Below, one piece after another: positions 47,501 to 62,500 of a stretch of DNA of 64,000 nucleotides (within the stretch, counting starts at the first letter, position 1; every line of letters begins with the position of its first letter). The translations under genes and the position numbers were made by a program. Source of the DNA: the human T2T-CHM13v2.0 reference genome, Homo sapiens. The stretch lies in NCBI RefSeq assembly GCF_009914755.1, contig NC_060944.1; one strand, written 5' to 3'. The notes beneath the pieces are model-generated. The model made no database searches. It was not told where the DNA came from and worked only from the letters and a program-made list of their open reading frames with translations.

Positions 47501-50500
47501 TTTTTGTAGTATCTGGAAGTGGACATTTGGAGCGCTTTCAGGTCTACGGTGAAAAAGGAGATATCTTCCAATAAAAACTAGATAGAAGCAATGTCAGAAC
47601 TTTTTTCATGATGTATCTACTCAGCAAACAGAGTTGAACCTTTCTTTCGAGAGAGCAGTTTTGAAACACTCTTTTTGTGGAATATGCAAGTGGGTATTAG
47701 GCCAGCTTGGAGGATTTCGTTGGAAACGGGAATATGTATAAAAAGCAGACAGCAGCATTGTCAGAAACTACTTTGTGATGTTTGCATTCAAGTCACAGAA
47801 TTGAACACTCCCTTTCACAGAGCAGGTTTGAAACACTCTTTTTGTAGTGTCTGTAAGTGAACATTTGGATTGCTTTCAGGCCTAAGGTGAAAAAGGAAAT
47901 ATCTTCCCATAAAAACTAGACAGTAGCATTCTCAGAAACTTGTTTGTGATGTGTGCCCTCTACTGACAGAGTTGAACCTTTGTTTGCAAAGAGCGGCTTT
48001 GAAACACACTTTTTGTAGAATCTGCAAGAGGATATTTGGATAGCTTTGAGGATTTCTTGGGAAACGGGAATGTCTTCAGATAAACTCTAGACAGAAGCAT
48101 TCTCAGAAACTTCTTTGGGATGTTTCAATTGAAGTCACAGTGTTGAACATTCCCTTTCACAGAGCAGGTTTGAAACACCCTTTTTGTAGTGTCTATAAGT
48201 GAACATTTGGCGTGCTTTCAGGCCTAACGTGAAAAAGGAACTATCTTCCCATAAAAACTAGACAGAAGCATTCTCAGAAACTTGTTTGTGATGTCTGCCC
48301 TCTACTGACAGAGTTGAACCTTTCTTTGCAAAGAGCAGCTTTCGAACACTCTTTTTGTAGAATCTGCAAGAGGATATTTGGATAGCTTTGAGGATTTCGT
48401 TGGAAACGGGTATGTCTTCAGATAAACTCTAGACAGAAGCATTCTCAGAAACTTCTTTGGGATGTTGCATTCAAGTCACAGAGTAGAACATTCCCATTCA
48501 TAGAGCAGATTTGAAACACTCTTTTTGTAGTATCTGGAAGTGGACATTTGGAGCGCTTTCAGGCCTATGTTGAAAAAGGAAATATCTTCCCATAAAAACT
48601 AGACGGAAGCATTCTCAGAAACATACTTGTGATGTGTTTGCTCAACTAACATAATTGAACCATCGTTTTGAAGGAGCAGTTTTGAAACACTGTTTTCGTG
48701 GAATCTGCAAGTGGACATTTGGCTAGCTTTGAGGATTTCGTTGGAAACGGGATTACGTATAAAAAGGAGACAGCAGCTTTCTCAGAAACTTCTTTGTGAT
48801 GTCTGCATTCAAGTCACAGAGTTGAGCATTCCCTTTCATAGAGCAGGTTGGAAACACTCTTTTTGTAGTATCTGGATGAGGACATTTGGAGCGCTTTCAG
48901 GCGTATGGTGAAAAAGGAAATATCTTCCCGTAAAAACTAGACAGAAGCATTCTCAGAAATTTATTTGTGATGTGTGCCCTCAAATAACAGAGTTGAACCT
49001 TTCTTTTGATAGAGCAGTTTTGAAACACTCTTTTTGTAAAATCTGCAAGAGGATATTTGGATAGCTTTGAGGATTTCGTTGCAAACGGGAATGGCTTCAT
49101 ATAAAGTCTAGACAGAAGCATTCTCAGAAACTTCGTTGGGATGTTTCGATTGAAGTCCCAGTGTTGAACATTCCCTTTCATAGAGCAGGTTGGAGACACT
49201 CTTTCTGCATTCCCTGGAAGTGGACATTTGGAGCGCTTTCTGGACGACGGTGAAAATGGAAATATCTTCCAATAAAATCTAGATAGAAGCAATGTCAGAA
49301 ACCTTTCTGTGATGGATCTACTCAGCTAACAGAGTTGAACCTTTCTTTTGAGAGAGCAGTTTTGCAACACTCTTTTTGTGGAATATGCAAGTGGATATTA
49401 GGGCAGCTTTGAGGATTTCGTTGGAAACGGGAATACATGTAAAAAGCAGACAGCAGCATTCTCAGAAACTTCTTTGTGATGTTTGCATTGAAGTCACAGA
49501 GTTGAACATTCCCTTTGAGAGAGCAGGTTTGAAACACGCCTTTTGTCATATCTGGAAGTGTCCATTCGGAGCGCATTCAGGCTTGTGTTGAAAAAGGAAA
49601 TATCCTCCCATAAAAACTAGACTGAAGCATTCTCAGAAACTTATTTGTGATGTATGAACTCAACTAACAGAACTAAACCATCGTTTCGAAGGAGCAGTTT
49701 TGAAACACTCTTTTTGCGGAATCTGCAACTGGATATTTGGCTAGCTTGGAGGATTTCGTTGGAAACGGGATTACATACAAAAAGCAGACAGCAGCATTCT
49801 CAGAAACTTCTTTGTGATGTTTGCATTCAAGTCACAGAGTTGAACATTCCCTTTCATAGAGCAGGTTTGAAACACTCTTTTTGTAGTATCTGGATGTGGA
49901 CATTTGGATCGCTTTCAGGCCTATGGTGAAAAAGGAAATATCTTCCCATGAAAACTAGACAGAAGCATTCTCAGAAACTTATTTGTGATGTGTGCCCTCA
50001 ACTGACAGTGTTGAACCTTTGTTTTGATAGAGCAGTTCTGAAACACACTTTTTGTAAAATCTGCAAGAGGATATTTGGATAGCTTAGAGGATTTCGTTGC
50101 AAACGGGAATGTCTTCATGTAAACTCTAGACAGAAGCATTCTCAGAAACTGCTTTGGGATGTTTCAATTGAAGTCCCAGTGTTGAACATTCCCTTTCATA
50201 GAGCAGGTTTGAAACACTCTTTTTGTAGTATCTGGAAGTGGACATTTGGAGCGCTTTCAGGTCTGCGGTGAAAAAGGAGATATCTTCCAATAAAAACTAG
50301 ATAGAAGCAATGTCAGAACTTTTTTCATGATGTATCTACTCAGCAAACAGAGTTGAACCTTTCTTTCGAGAGAGCAGTTTTGAAACACTCTTTTTGTGGA
50401 ATATGCAAGTGGGTATTAGGCCAGCTTGGAGGATTTCGTTGGAAACGGGAATACGTATAAAAAGCAGACAGCAGCATTGTCAGAAACTACTTTGTGATGT

Positions 50501-53500
50501 TTGCATTCAAGTCACAGAATTGAACACTCCCTTTCACAGAGCAGGTTTGAAACACTCTTTTTGTAGTGTCTGTAAGTGAACATTTGGATTGCTTTCAGGC
50601 CTAAGGTGAAAAAGGAAATATCTTCCCATAAAAACTAGACAGAAGCATTCTCAGAAACTTGTTTGTGATGTGTGCCCTCTACTGACAGAGTTGAACCTTT
50701 GTTTGCAAAGAGCAGCTTTGAAACACTCTTTTTGTAGAATCTGCAAGAGGATATTTGGATAGCTTTGAGGATTTCTTGGGAAACGGGAATGTCTTCAGAT
50801 AAACTCTAGACAGAAGCATTCTCAGAAACTTCTTTGGGATGTTTCAATTGAAGTCACAGTGTTGAACATTCCCTTTCACAGAGCAGGTTTGAAACACCCT
50901 TTTTGTAGTGTCTATAAGTGAACATTTGGCGTGCTTTCAGGCCTAACGTGAAAAAGGAACTATCTTCCCATAAAAACTAGACAGAAGCATTCTCAGAAAC
51001 TTGTTTGTGATGTGTGCCCTCTACTGACAGAGTTGAACCTTTCTTTGCAAAGAGCAGCTTTGGAACACTCTTTTTGTAGAATCTGCAAGAGGATATTTGG
51101 ATAGCTTGGAGGATTTCGTTGGAAACGGGTATGTCTTCAGATAAACTCAAGACAGAAGCATTCTCAGAAACTTCTTTGGGATGTTGCATTCAAGTCACAG
51201 AGTAGAACATTCCCATTCATAGAGCAGATTTGAAACACTCTTTTTGTAGTATCTGGAAGTGGACATTTGGAGCGCTTTCAGGCCTATGTTGAAAAAGGAA
51301 ATATCTTCCCATAAAAACTAGACGGAAGCATTCTCAGAAACATACTTGTGATGTGTTTGCTCAACTAACATAATTGAACCATCGTTTTGAAGGAGCAGTT
51401 TTGAAACACTGTTTTCGTGGAATCTGCAAGTGGATATTTGGCTAGCTTTGAGGATTTCGTTGGAAACGGGATTACGTATAAAAAGGAGACAGCAGCATTC
51501 TCAGAAACTTCTTTGTGATGTCTGCATTCAAGTCACAGAGTTGAGCATTCCCTTTCATAGAGCAGGTTGGAAACACTCTTTTTGTAGTATCTGGATGAGG
51601 ACATTTGGAGCGCTTTCAGGCGTATGGTGAAAAAGGAAATATCTTCCCGTAAAAACTAGACAGAAGCATTCTCAGAAATTTATTTGTGATGTGTGCCCTC
51701 AACTAACAGAGTTCAACCTTTCTTTTGATAGAGCAGTTTTGAAACACTCTTTTTCTAAAATCTGCAAGAGGATATTTGGATAGCTTTGAGGATTTCGTTG
51801 CAAACGTGAATGGCTTCATATAAAGTCTAGACAGAAGCATTCTCAGAAACTTCGTTGGGATGTTTCGATTGAAGTCCCACTGTTGAACATTCCCTTTTAT
51901 AGAGCAGGTTGGAAACACTCTTTCTGCATTCCCTGGAAGTGGACATTTGGAGCGCTTTCAGGACGACGGTGAAAATGGAAATATCTTCCAATAAAATCTA
52001 GATAGAAGCAATGTCAGAAACCTTTCTGTGATGGATCTACTCAGCTAACAGAGTTGAACCTTTCTTTTGAGAGAGCAGTTTTGCAACACTCTTTTTGTGG
52101 AATATGCAAGTGGATATTAGGGCAGCTTTGAGGATTTCGTTGGAAACGGGAATACATGTAAAAAGCAGACAGCAGCATTCTCAGAAACTTCTTTGTGATG
52201 TTTGCATTGAAGTCACAGAGTTGAACATTCCCTTTGAGAGAGCAGGTTTGAAACACGCCTTTTGTCATATCTGGAAGTGTCCATTCGGAGCGCATTCAGG
52301 CTTGTGTTGAAAAAGGAAATATCCTCCCATAAAAACTAGACAGAAGCATTCTCAGAAACTTATTTGTGATGTATGTACTCAACTAACAGAACTAAACCAT
52401 CGTTTTGAAGGAGCAGTTTTGAAACACTCTTTTTGCGGAATCTGCAAGTGGATATTTGGCTAGCTTGGAGGATTGCGTTGGAAACGGGATTACATACAAA
52501 AAGCAGACAGCAGCATTCTCAGAAACTTCTTTGTGATGTTTGCATTCAAGTCACAGAGTTGAACATTCCCTTTCATAGAGCAGGTTTGAAACACTCTTTT
52601 TGTAGTATCTGGATGTGGACATTTGGATCGCTTTCAGGCCTATGGTGAAAAAGGAAATATCTTCCCTTGAAAACTAGACAGAAGCATTCTCAGAAACTTA
52701 TTTGTGATGTGTGCCCTCAACTGACAGTGTTGAACCTTTGTTTTGATAGAGCAGTTCTGAAACACACTTTTTGTAAAATCTGCAAGAGGATATTTGGATA
52801 GATTTGAGGATTTCGTTGGAAACGGGAATGTCTTCATGTAAACTCTAGACAGAAGCATTCTCAGAAACTGCTTTGGGATGTTTCAATTGAAGTCCCAGTG
52901 TTGAACATTCCCTTTCATAGTGCAGGTTTGAAACACTCTTTTTGTAGTATCTGGAAGTGGACATTTGGAGCGCTTTCAGGTCTACGGTGAAAAAGGAGAT
53001 ATCTTCCAATAAAAACTAGATAGAAGCAATGTCAGAACTTTTTTCATGATGTATCTACTCAGCAAACAGAGTTGAACCTTTCTTTCGAGAGAGCAGTTTT
53101 GAAACACTCTTTTTGTGGAATATGCAAGTGGGTATTAGGCCAGCTTGGAGGATTTCGTTGGAAACGGGAATACGTATAAAAAGCAGACAGCAGCATTGTC
53201 AGAAACTCCTTTGTGATGTTTGCATTCAAGTCACAGAATTGAACACTCCCTTTCACAGAGCAGGTTTGAAACACTCTTTTTGTAGTGTCTGTAAGTGAAC
53301 ATTTGGATTGCTTTCAGGCCTAAGGTGAAAAAGGAAATATCTTCCCATAAAAACTAGACAGAAGCATTCTCAGAAACTTGTTTGTGATGTGTGCCCTCTA
53401 CTGACAGAGTTGAACCTTTCTTTGCAAAGAGCAGTTTTGAAACACTCTTTTTGTAGAATCTGCAAGAGGATATTTGGATAGCTTTGAGGATTTCTTGGGA

Positions 53501-56500
53501 AACGGGAATGTCTTCAGATAAACTCTAGACAGAAGCATCCTCAGAAACTTCTTTGGGATGTTTCAATTGAAGTCACAGTGTTGAACATTCCCTTTCACAG
53601 AGAGGGTTGAAACACTCTTTTTGTAGTGCCTATAAGTGAACATTTGGCGTGCTTTCAGGCCTAACGTGAAAAAGGAAATATCTTCCCATAAAAACTAGAC
53701 AGAAGCATTCTCAGAAACTTGTTTGTGATATGTGCCCTCTACTGACAGAGTTGAACTTTTCTTTGCAAAGAGCAGCTTTGAAACACTCTTTTTGTAGAAT
53801 CTGCAAGAGGATATTTGGATAGCTTTGAGGATTTCGTTGGAAACGGGTATGTCTTCAGATAAACTCTAGACAGAAGCATTCTCAGAAACTTCTTTGGGAT
53901 GTTGCATTCAATTCACAGAGTAGAACATTCCCATTCATAGAGCAGATTTGAAACACTCTTTTTGTAGTATCTGGAAGTGGACATTTGGAGCGCTTTCAGG
54001 CCTATGTTGAAAAAGGAAATATCTTCCCATAAAAACTAGACGGAAGCATTCTCAGAAACTTACTTGTGATGTGTTTCCGCAACTAACAGAATTGAACCAT
54101 CGTTTTGAAGGAGCAGTTTTGAAACACTGTTTTCGTGTAATCTGCAAGTGGATATTTGGCTAGCTTTGAGGATTTCGTTGGAAACGGGATTACATATAAA
54201 AAGGAGACAGCAGCATTCTCAGAAACTTCTTTGTGATGTCTGCATTCAAGTCACAGAGTTGAGCATTCCCTTTCATAGAGCAGGTTGGAAACACTCTTTT
54301 TGTAGTATCTGGATGAGGACATTTGGAGCGCTTTCAGGCGTATGGTGAAAAAGGAAATATCTTCCCGTAAAAACTAGACAGAAGCATTCTCAGAAATTTA
54401 TTTGTGATGTGTGCCCTCAACTAACAGAGTTGAACCTTTCTTTTGATAGAGCAGTTTTGAAACACTCTTTTTCTAAAATCTGCAAGAGGATATTTGGATA
54501 GCTTTGAGGATTTCGTTGCAAACGGGAATGGCTTCATATAAAGTCTAGACAGAAGCATTCTCAGAAACTTCGTTGGGATGTTTCGATTGAAGTCCCAGTG
54601 TTGAACATTCCCTTTTATAGAGCAGGTTGGAAACACTCTTTCTGCATTCCCTGGAAGTGGACATTTGGAGCGCTTTCAGGACGACGGTGAAAATGGAAAT
54701 ATCTTCCAATAAAATCTAGATAGAAGCAATGTAAGAAACTTTTCTGTGATGGATCTACTCAGCTACCAGAGTTGAACCTTTCTTTTGAGAGAGCAGTTTT
54801 GCAACACTCTTTTTGTGGAATATGCAAGTGGATATTAGGGCAGCTTGGAGGATTTCGTTGGAAACGGGAATACATGTAAAAAGCAGACAGCAGCATTCTC
54901 AGAAACTTCTTTGTGATGTTTGCATTGAAGTCACAGAGTTGAACATTCCCTTTGAGAGAGCAGGTTTGAAACACGCCTTTTGTCATATCTGGAAGTGTCC
55001 ATTCGGAGCGCATTCAGGCTTGTGTTGAAAAAGGAAATATCCTCCCATAAAAACTAGACAGAAGCATTCTCAGAAACTTATTTGTGATGTATGTACTCAA
55101 CTAACAGAACTAAACCATCGTTTTGAAGGAGCAGTTTTGAAACACTCTTTTTGCGGAATCTGCAAGTGGATATTTGGCTAGCTTGGAGGATTGCGTTGGA
55201 AACGGGATTACATACAAAAAGCAGACAGCAGCATTCTCAGAAACTTCTTTGTGATGTTTGCATTCAAGTCACAGAGTTGAACATTCCCTTTCATAGAGCA
55301 GGTTTGAAACACTCTTTTTGTAGTATCTGGATGTGGACATTTGGATCGCTTTCAGGCCTATGGTGAAAAAGGAAATATCTTCCCTTGAAAACTAGACAGA
55401 AGCATTCTCAGAAACTTATTTGTGATGTGTGCCCTCAACTGACAGTGTTGAACCTTTGTTTTGATAGAGCAGTTCTGAAACACACTTTTTGTAAAATCTG
55501 CAAGAGGATATTTGGATAGATTTGAGGATTTCGTTGGAAACGGGAATGTCTTCATGTAAACTCTAGACAGAAGCATTCTCAGAAACTGCTTTGGGATGTT
55601 TCAATTGAAGTCCCAGTGTTGAACATTCCCTTTCATAGTGCAGGTTTGAAACACTCTTTTTGTAGTATCTGGAAGTGGACATTTGGAGCGCTTTCAGGTC
55701 TACGGTGAAAAAGGAGATATCTTCCAATAAAAACTAGATAGAAGCAATGTCAGAACTTTTTTCATGATGTATCTACTCAGCAAACAGAGTTGAACCTTTC
55801 TTTCGAGAGAGCAGTTTTGAAACACTCTTTTTGTGGAATATGCAAGTGGGTATTAGGCCAGCTTGGAGGATTTCGTTGGAAACGGGAATACGTATAAAAA
55901 GCAGACAGCAGCATTGTCAGAAACTCCTTTGTGATGTTTGCATTCAAGTCACAGAATTGAACACTCCCTTTCACAGAGCATGTTTGAAACACTCTTTTTG
56001 TAGTGTCTGTAAGTGAACATTTGGATTGCTTTCAGGCCTAAGGTGAAAAAGGAAATATCTTCCCATAAAAACTAGACAGAAGCATTCTCAGAAACTTGTT
56101 TGTGATGTGTGCCCTCTACTGACAGAGTTGAACCTTTCTTTGCAAAGAGCAGTTTTGAAACACTCTTTTTGTAGAATCTGCAAGAGGATATTTGGATAGC
56201 TTTGAGGATTTCTTGGGAAACGGGAATGTCTTCAGATAAACTCTAGACAGAAGCATCCTCAGAAACTTCTTTGGGATGTTTCAATTGAAGTCACAGTGTT
56301 GAACATTCCCTTTCACAGAGAGGGTTGAAACACTCTTTTTGTAGTGCCTATAAGTGAACATTTGGCGTGCTTTCAGGCCTAACGTGAAAAAGGAAATATC
56401 TTCCCATAAAAACTAGACAGAAGCATTCTCAGAAACTTGTTTGTGATATGTGCCCTCTACTGACAGAGTTGAACTTTTCTTTGCAAAGAGCAGCTTTGAA

Positions 56501-59500
56501 ACACTCTTTTTGTAGAATCTGCAAGAGGATATTTGGATAGCTTTGAGGATTTCGTTGGAAACGGGTATGTCTTCAGATAAACTCTAGACAGAAGCATTCT
56601 CAGAAACTTCTTTGGGATGTTGCATTCAAGTCACAGAGTAGAACATTCCCATTCATAGAGCAGATTTGAAACACTCTTTTTGTAGTATCTGGAAGTGGAC
56701 ATTTGGAGCGCTTTCAGGCCTATGTTGAAAAAGGAAATATCTTCCCATAAAAACTAGACGGAAGCATTCTCAGAAACTTACTTGTGATGTGTTTCCGCAA
56801 CTAACAGAATTGAAACATCGTTTTGAAGGAGCAGTTTTGAAACACTGTTTTCGTGGAATCTGCAAGTGGATATTTGGCTAGCTTTGAGGATTTCGTTGGA
56901 AACGGGATTACATATAAAAAGGAGACAGCAGCATTCTCAGAAACTTCTTTGTGATGTCTGCATTCAAGTCACAGAGTTGAGCATTCCCTTTCATAGAGCA
57001 GGTTGGAAACACTCTTTTTGTAGTATCTGGATGAAGACATTTGGAGCGCTTTCAGGCCTATGGTGAAAAAGGAAATATCTTCCCGTAAAAACTAGACAGA
57101 AGCATTCTCAGAAATTTATTTGTGATGTGTGCCCTCAACTAACAGAGTTGAACCTTTCTTTTGATAGAGCAGTTTTGAAACACTCTTTTTCTAAAATCTG
57201 CAAGAGGATATTTGGATAGCTTTGAGGATTTCGTTGCAAACGGGAATGGCTTCATATAAAGTCTAGACAGAAGCATTCTCAGAAACTTCGTTGGGATGTT
57301 TCGATTGAAGTCCCAGTGTTGAACATTCCCTTTTATAGAGCAGGTTGGAAACACTCTTTCTGCATTCCCTGGAAGTGGACATTTGGAGCGCTTTCAGGAC
57401 GACGGTGAAAATGGAAATATCTTCCAATAAAATCTAGATAGAAGCAATGTAAGAAACTTTTCTGTGATGGATCTACTCAGCTACCAGAGTTGAACCTTTC
57501 TTTTGAGAGAGCAGTTTTGCAACACTCTTTTTGTGGAATATGCAAGTGGATATTAGGGCAGCTTGGAGGATTTCGTTGGAAACGGGAATACATGTAAAAA
57601 GCAGACAGCAGCATTCTCAGAAACTTCTTTGTGATGTTTGCATTGAAGTCACAGAGTTGAACATTCCCTTTGAGAGAGCAGGTTTGAAACACGCCTTTTG
57701 TCATATCTGGAAGTGTCCATTCGGAGCGCATTCAGGCTTGTGTTGAAAAAGGAAATATCCTCCCATAAAAACTAGACGGAAGCATTCTCAGAAACTTATT
57801 TGTGATGTATGTACTCAACTAACAGAACTAAACCATCGTTTTGAAGGAGCAGTTTTGAAACACTCTTTTTGCGGAATCTGCAAGTGGATATTTGGCTAGC
57901 TTGGAGGATTGCGTTGGAAACGGGATTACATACAAAAAGCAGACAGCAGCATTCTCAGAAACTTCTTTGTGATGTTTGCATTCAAGTCACAGAGTTGAAC
58001 ATTCCCTTTCATAGAGCAGGTTTGAAACACTCTTTTTGTAGTATCTGGATGTGGACATTTGGATCGCTTTCAGGCCTATGGTGAAAAAGGAAATATCTTC
58101 CCTTGAAAACTAGACAGAAGCATTCTCAGAAACTTATTTGTGATGTGTGCCCTCAACTGACAGTGTTGAACCTTTGTTTTGATAGAGCAGTTCTGAAACA
58201 CACTTTTTGTAAAATCTGCAAGAGGATATTTGGATAGCTTTGAGGATTTCGTTGGAAACGGGAATGTCTTCATGTAAACTCTAGACAGAAGCATTCTCAG
58301 AAACTGCTTTGGGATGTTTCAATTGAAGTCCCAGTGTTGAACATTCCCTTTCATAGTGCAGGTTTGAAACACTCTTTTTGTAGTATCTGGAAGTGGACAT
58401 TTGGAGCGCTTTCAGGTCTACGGTGAAAAAGGAGATATCTTCCAATAAAAACTAGATAGAAGCAATGTCAGAACTTTTTTCATGATGTATCTACTCAGCA
58501 AACAGAGTTGAACCTTTCTTTTGAGAGAGCAGTTTTGAAACACTCTTTTTGTGGAATATGCAAGTGGGTATTAGGCCAGCTTGGAGGATTTCGTTGGAAA
58601 CGGGAATACGTATAAAAAGCAGACAGCAGCATTGTCAGAAACTCCTTTGTGATGTTTGCATTCAAGTCACAGAATTGAACACTCCCTTTCACAGAGCAGG
58701 TTTGAAACACTCTTTTTGTAGTGTCTGTAAGTGAACATTTGGATTGCTTTCAGGCCTAAGGTGAAAAAGGAAATATCTTCCCATAAAAACTAGACAGAAG
58801 CATTCTCAGAAACTTGTTTGTGATGTGTGCCCTCTACTGACAGAGTTGAACCTTTCTTTGCAAAGAGCAGTTTTGAAACACTCTTTTTGTAGAATCTGCA
58901 AGAGGATATTTGGATAGCTTTGAGGATTTCTTGGGAAACGGGAATGTCTTCAGATAAACTCTAGACAGAAGCATTCTCAGAAACTTCTTTGGGATGTTTC
59001 AATTGAAGTCACAGTGTTGAACATTCCCTTTCACAGAGCAGGTTTGAAACACTCTTTTTGTAGTGTCTATAAGTGAACATTTGGCGTGCTTTCAGGCCTA
59101 ACGTGAAAAAGGAAATATCTTCCCATAAAAACTAGACAGAAGCATTCTCAGAAACTTGTTTGTGATATGTGCCCTCTACTGACAGAGTTGAACCTTTCTT
59201 TGCAAAGAGCAGCTTTGAAACACTCTTTTTGTAGAATCTGCAAGAGGATATTTGGATAGCTTTGAGGATTTCGTTGGAAACGGGTATGTCTTCAGATAAA
59301 CTCTAGACAGAAGCATTCTCAGAAACTTCTTTGGGATGTTGCATTCAAGTCACAGAGTAGAACATTCCCATTCATAGAGCAGATTTGAAACACTCTTTTT
59401 GTAGTATCTGGAAGTGGACATTTGGAGCGCTTTCAGGCCTATGTTGAAAAAGGAAATATCTTCCCATAAAAACTAGACGAAAGCATTCTCAGAAACTTAC

Positions 59501-62500
59501 TTGGGATGTGTTTCCTCAACTAACAGAATTGAACCATCGTTTTGAAGGAGCAGTTTTGAAACACTGTTTTCGTGGAATCTGCAAGTGGATATTTGGCTAG
59601 CTTTGAGGATTTCGTTGGAAACGGGATTACATATAAAAAGGAGACAGCAGCATTCTCAGAAACTTCTTTGTGATGTCTGCATTCAAGTCACAGAGTTGAG
59701 CATTCCCTTTCATAGAGCAGGTTGGAAACACTCTTTTTGTAGTATCTGGATGAGGACATTTGGAGCGCTTTCAGGCGTATGGTGAAAAAGGAAATATCTT
59801 CCCGTAAAAACTAGACAGAAGCATTCTCAGAAATTTATTTGTGATGTGTGCCCTCAACTAACAGAGTTGAACCTTTCTTTTGATAGAGCAGTTTTGAAAC
59901 ACTCTTTTTGTAAAATCTGCAAGAGGATATTTGGATAGCTTTGAGGATTTCGTTGCAAACGGGAATGGCTTCATATAAAGTCTAGACAGAAGCATTCTCA
60001 GAAACTTCGTTGGGATGTTTCGATTGAAGTCCCAGTGTTGAACATTCCCTTTTATAGAGCAGGTTGGAAACACTCTTTCTGCATTCCCTGGAAGTGGACA
60101 TTTGGAGCGCTTTCAGGACGACGGTGAAAATGGAAATATCTTCCAATAAAATCTAGATAGAAGCAATGTAAGAAACTTTTCTGTGATGGATCTACTCAGC
60201 TACCAGAGTTGAACCTTTCTTTTGAGAGAGCAGTTTTGCAACACTCTTTTTGTGGAATATGCAAGTGGATATTAGGGCAGCTTTGAGGATTTCGTTGGAA
60301 ACGGGAATACATGTAAAAAGCAGACAGCAGCATTCTCAGAAACTTCTTTGTGATGTTTGCATTGAAGTCACAGAGTTGAACATTCCCTTTGAGAGAGCAG
60401 GTTTGAAACACGCCTTTTGACATATCTGGAAGTGTCCATTCGGAGCGCATTCAGGCTTGTGTTGAAAAAGGAAATATCCTCCCAGAAAAACTAGACAGAA
60501 GCATTCTCAGAAACTTATTTGTGATGTATGTACTCAACTAACAGAACTAAACCATCGTTTTGAAGGAGCAGTTTTGAAACACTCTTTTTGCGGAATCTGC
60601 AAGTGGATATTTGGCTAGCTTGGAGGATTGCGTTGGAAACGGGATTACATACAAAAAGCAGACAGCAGCATTCTCAGAAACTTCTTTGTGATGTTTGCAT
60701 TCAAGTCACAGAGTTGAACATTCCCTTTCATAGAGCAGGTTTGAAACACTCTTTTTGTAGTATCTGGATGTGGACATTTGGATCGCTTTCAGGCCTATGG
60801 TGAAAAAGGAAATATCTTCCCATGAAAACTAGACAGAAGCATTCTCAGAAACTTATTTGTGATGTGTGCCCTCAACTGACAGTGTTGAACCTTTGTTTTG
60901 ATAGAGCAGTTCTGAAACACACTTTTTGTAAAATCTGCAAGAGGATATTTGGATAGCTTTGAGGATTTCGTTGGAAACGGGAATGTCTTCATGTAAACTC
61001 TAGACAGAAGCATTTTCAGAAACTGCTTTGGGATGTTTCAATTGAAGTCCCAGTGTTGAACATTCCCTTTCATAGAGCAAGTTTGAAACACTCTTTTTGT
61101 ACTATCTGGAAGTGGACATTTGGAGCGCTTTCAGGTCTACGGTGAAAAAGGAGATATCTTCCAATAAAAACTAGATAGAAGCAATGTCAGAACTTTTTTC
61201 ATGATGTATCTACTCAGCAAACAAAGTTGAACCTTTCTTTCGAGAGAGCAGTTTTGAAACACTCTTTTTGTGGAATATGCAAGTGGGTATTAGGCCAGCT
61301 TTGAGGATTTCGTTGGAAACGGGAATACGTATAAAAAGCAGACAGCAGCATTGTCAGAAACTACTTTGTGATGTTTGCATTCAAGTCACAGAATTGAACA
61401 CTCCCTTTCACAGAGCAGGTTTGAAACACTCTTTTTGTAGTGTCTGTAAGTGAACATTTGGATTGCTTTCAGGCCTAAGGTGAAAAAGGAAATATCTTCC
61501 CATAAAAACTAGACAGAAGCATTCTCAGAAACTTGTTTGTGATGTGTGCCCTCTACTGACAGAGTTGAACCTTTCTTTGCAAAGAGCAGTTTTGAAACAC
61601 TCTTTTTGTAGAATTTGCAAGAGGATATTTGGATAGCTTTGAGGATTTCTTGGGAAACGGGAATGTCTTCAGATAAACTCTAGACAGAAGCATCCTCAGA
61701 AACTTCTTTGGGATGTTTCAATTGAAGTCACAGTGTTGAACATTCCCTTTCACAGAGCAGGTTTGAAACACTCTTTTTGTAGTGCCTATAAGTGAACATT
61801 TGGCGTGCTTTCAGGCCTAACGTGAAAAAGGAAATATCTTCCCATAAAAACTAGACAGAAGCATTCTCAGAAACTTGTTTGTGATATGTGCCCTCTACTG
61901 ACAGAGTTGAACTTTTCTTTGCAAAGAGCAGCTTTGAAACACTCTTTTTGTAGAATCTGCAAGAGGATATTTGGATAGCTTTGAGGATTTCGTTGGAAAC
62001 GGGTATGTCTTCAGATAAACTCTAGACAGAAGCATTCTCAGAAACTTCTTTGGGATGTTGCATTCAAGTCACAGAGTAGAACATTCCCATTCATAGAGCA
62101 GATTTGAAACACTCTTTTTGTAGTATCTGGAAGTGGACATTTGGAGCGCTTTCAGGCCTATGTTGAAAAAGGAAATATCTTCCCATAAAAACTAGACGGA
62201 AGCATTCTCAGAAACTTACTTGTGATGTGTTTCCGCAACTAACAGAATTGAACCATCGTTTTGAAGGAGCAGTTTTGAAACACTGTTTTCGTGGAATCTG
62301 CAAGTGGATATTTGGCTAGCTTTGAGGATTTCGTTGGAAACGGGATTACATATAAAAAGGAGACAGCAGCATTCTCAGAAACTTCTTTGTGATGTCTGCA
62401 TTCAAGTCACAGAGTTGAGCATTCCCTTTCATAGAGCAGGTTGGAAACACTCTTTTTGTAGTATCTGGATGAGGACATTTGGAGCGCTTTCAGGCCTATG

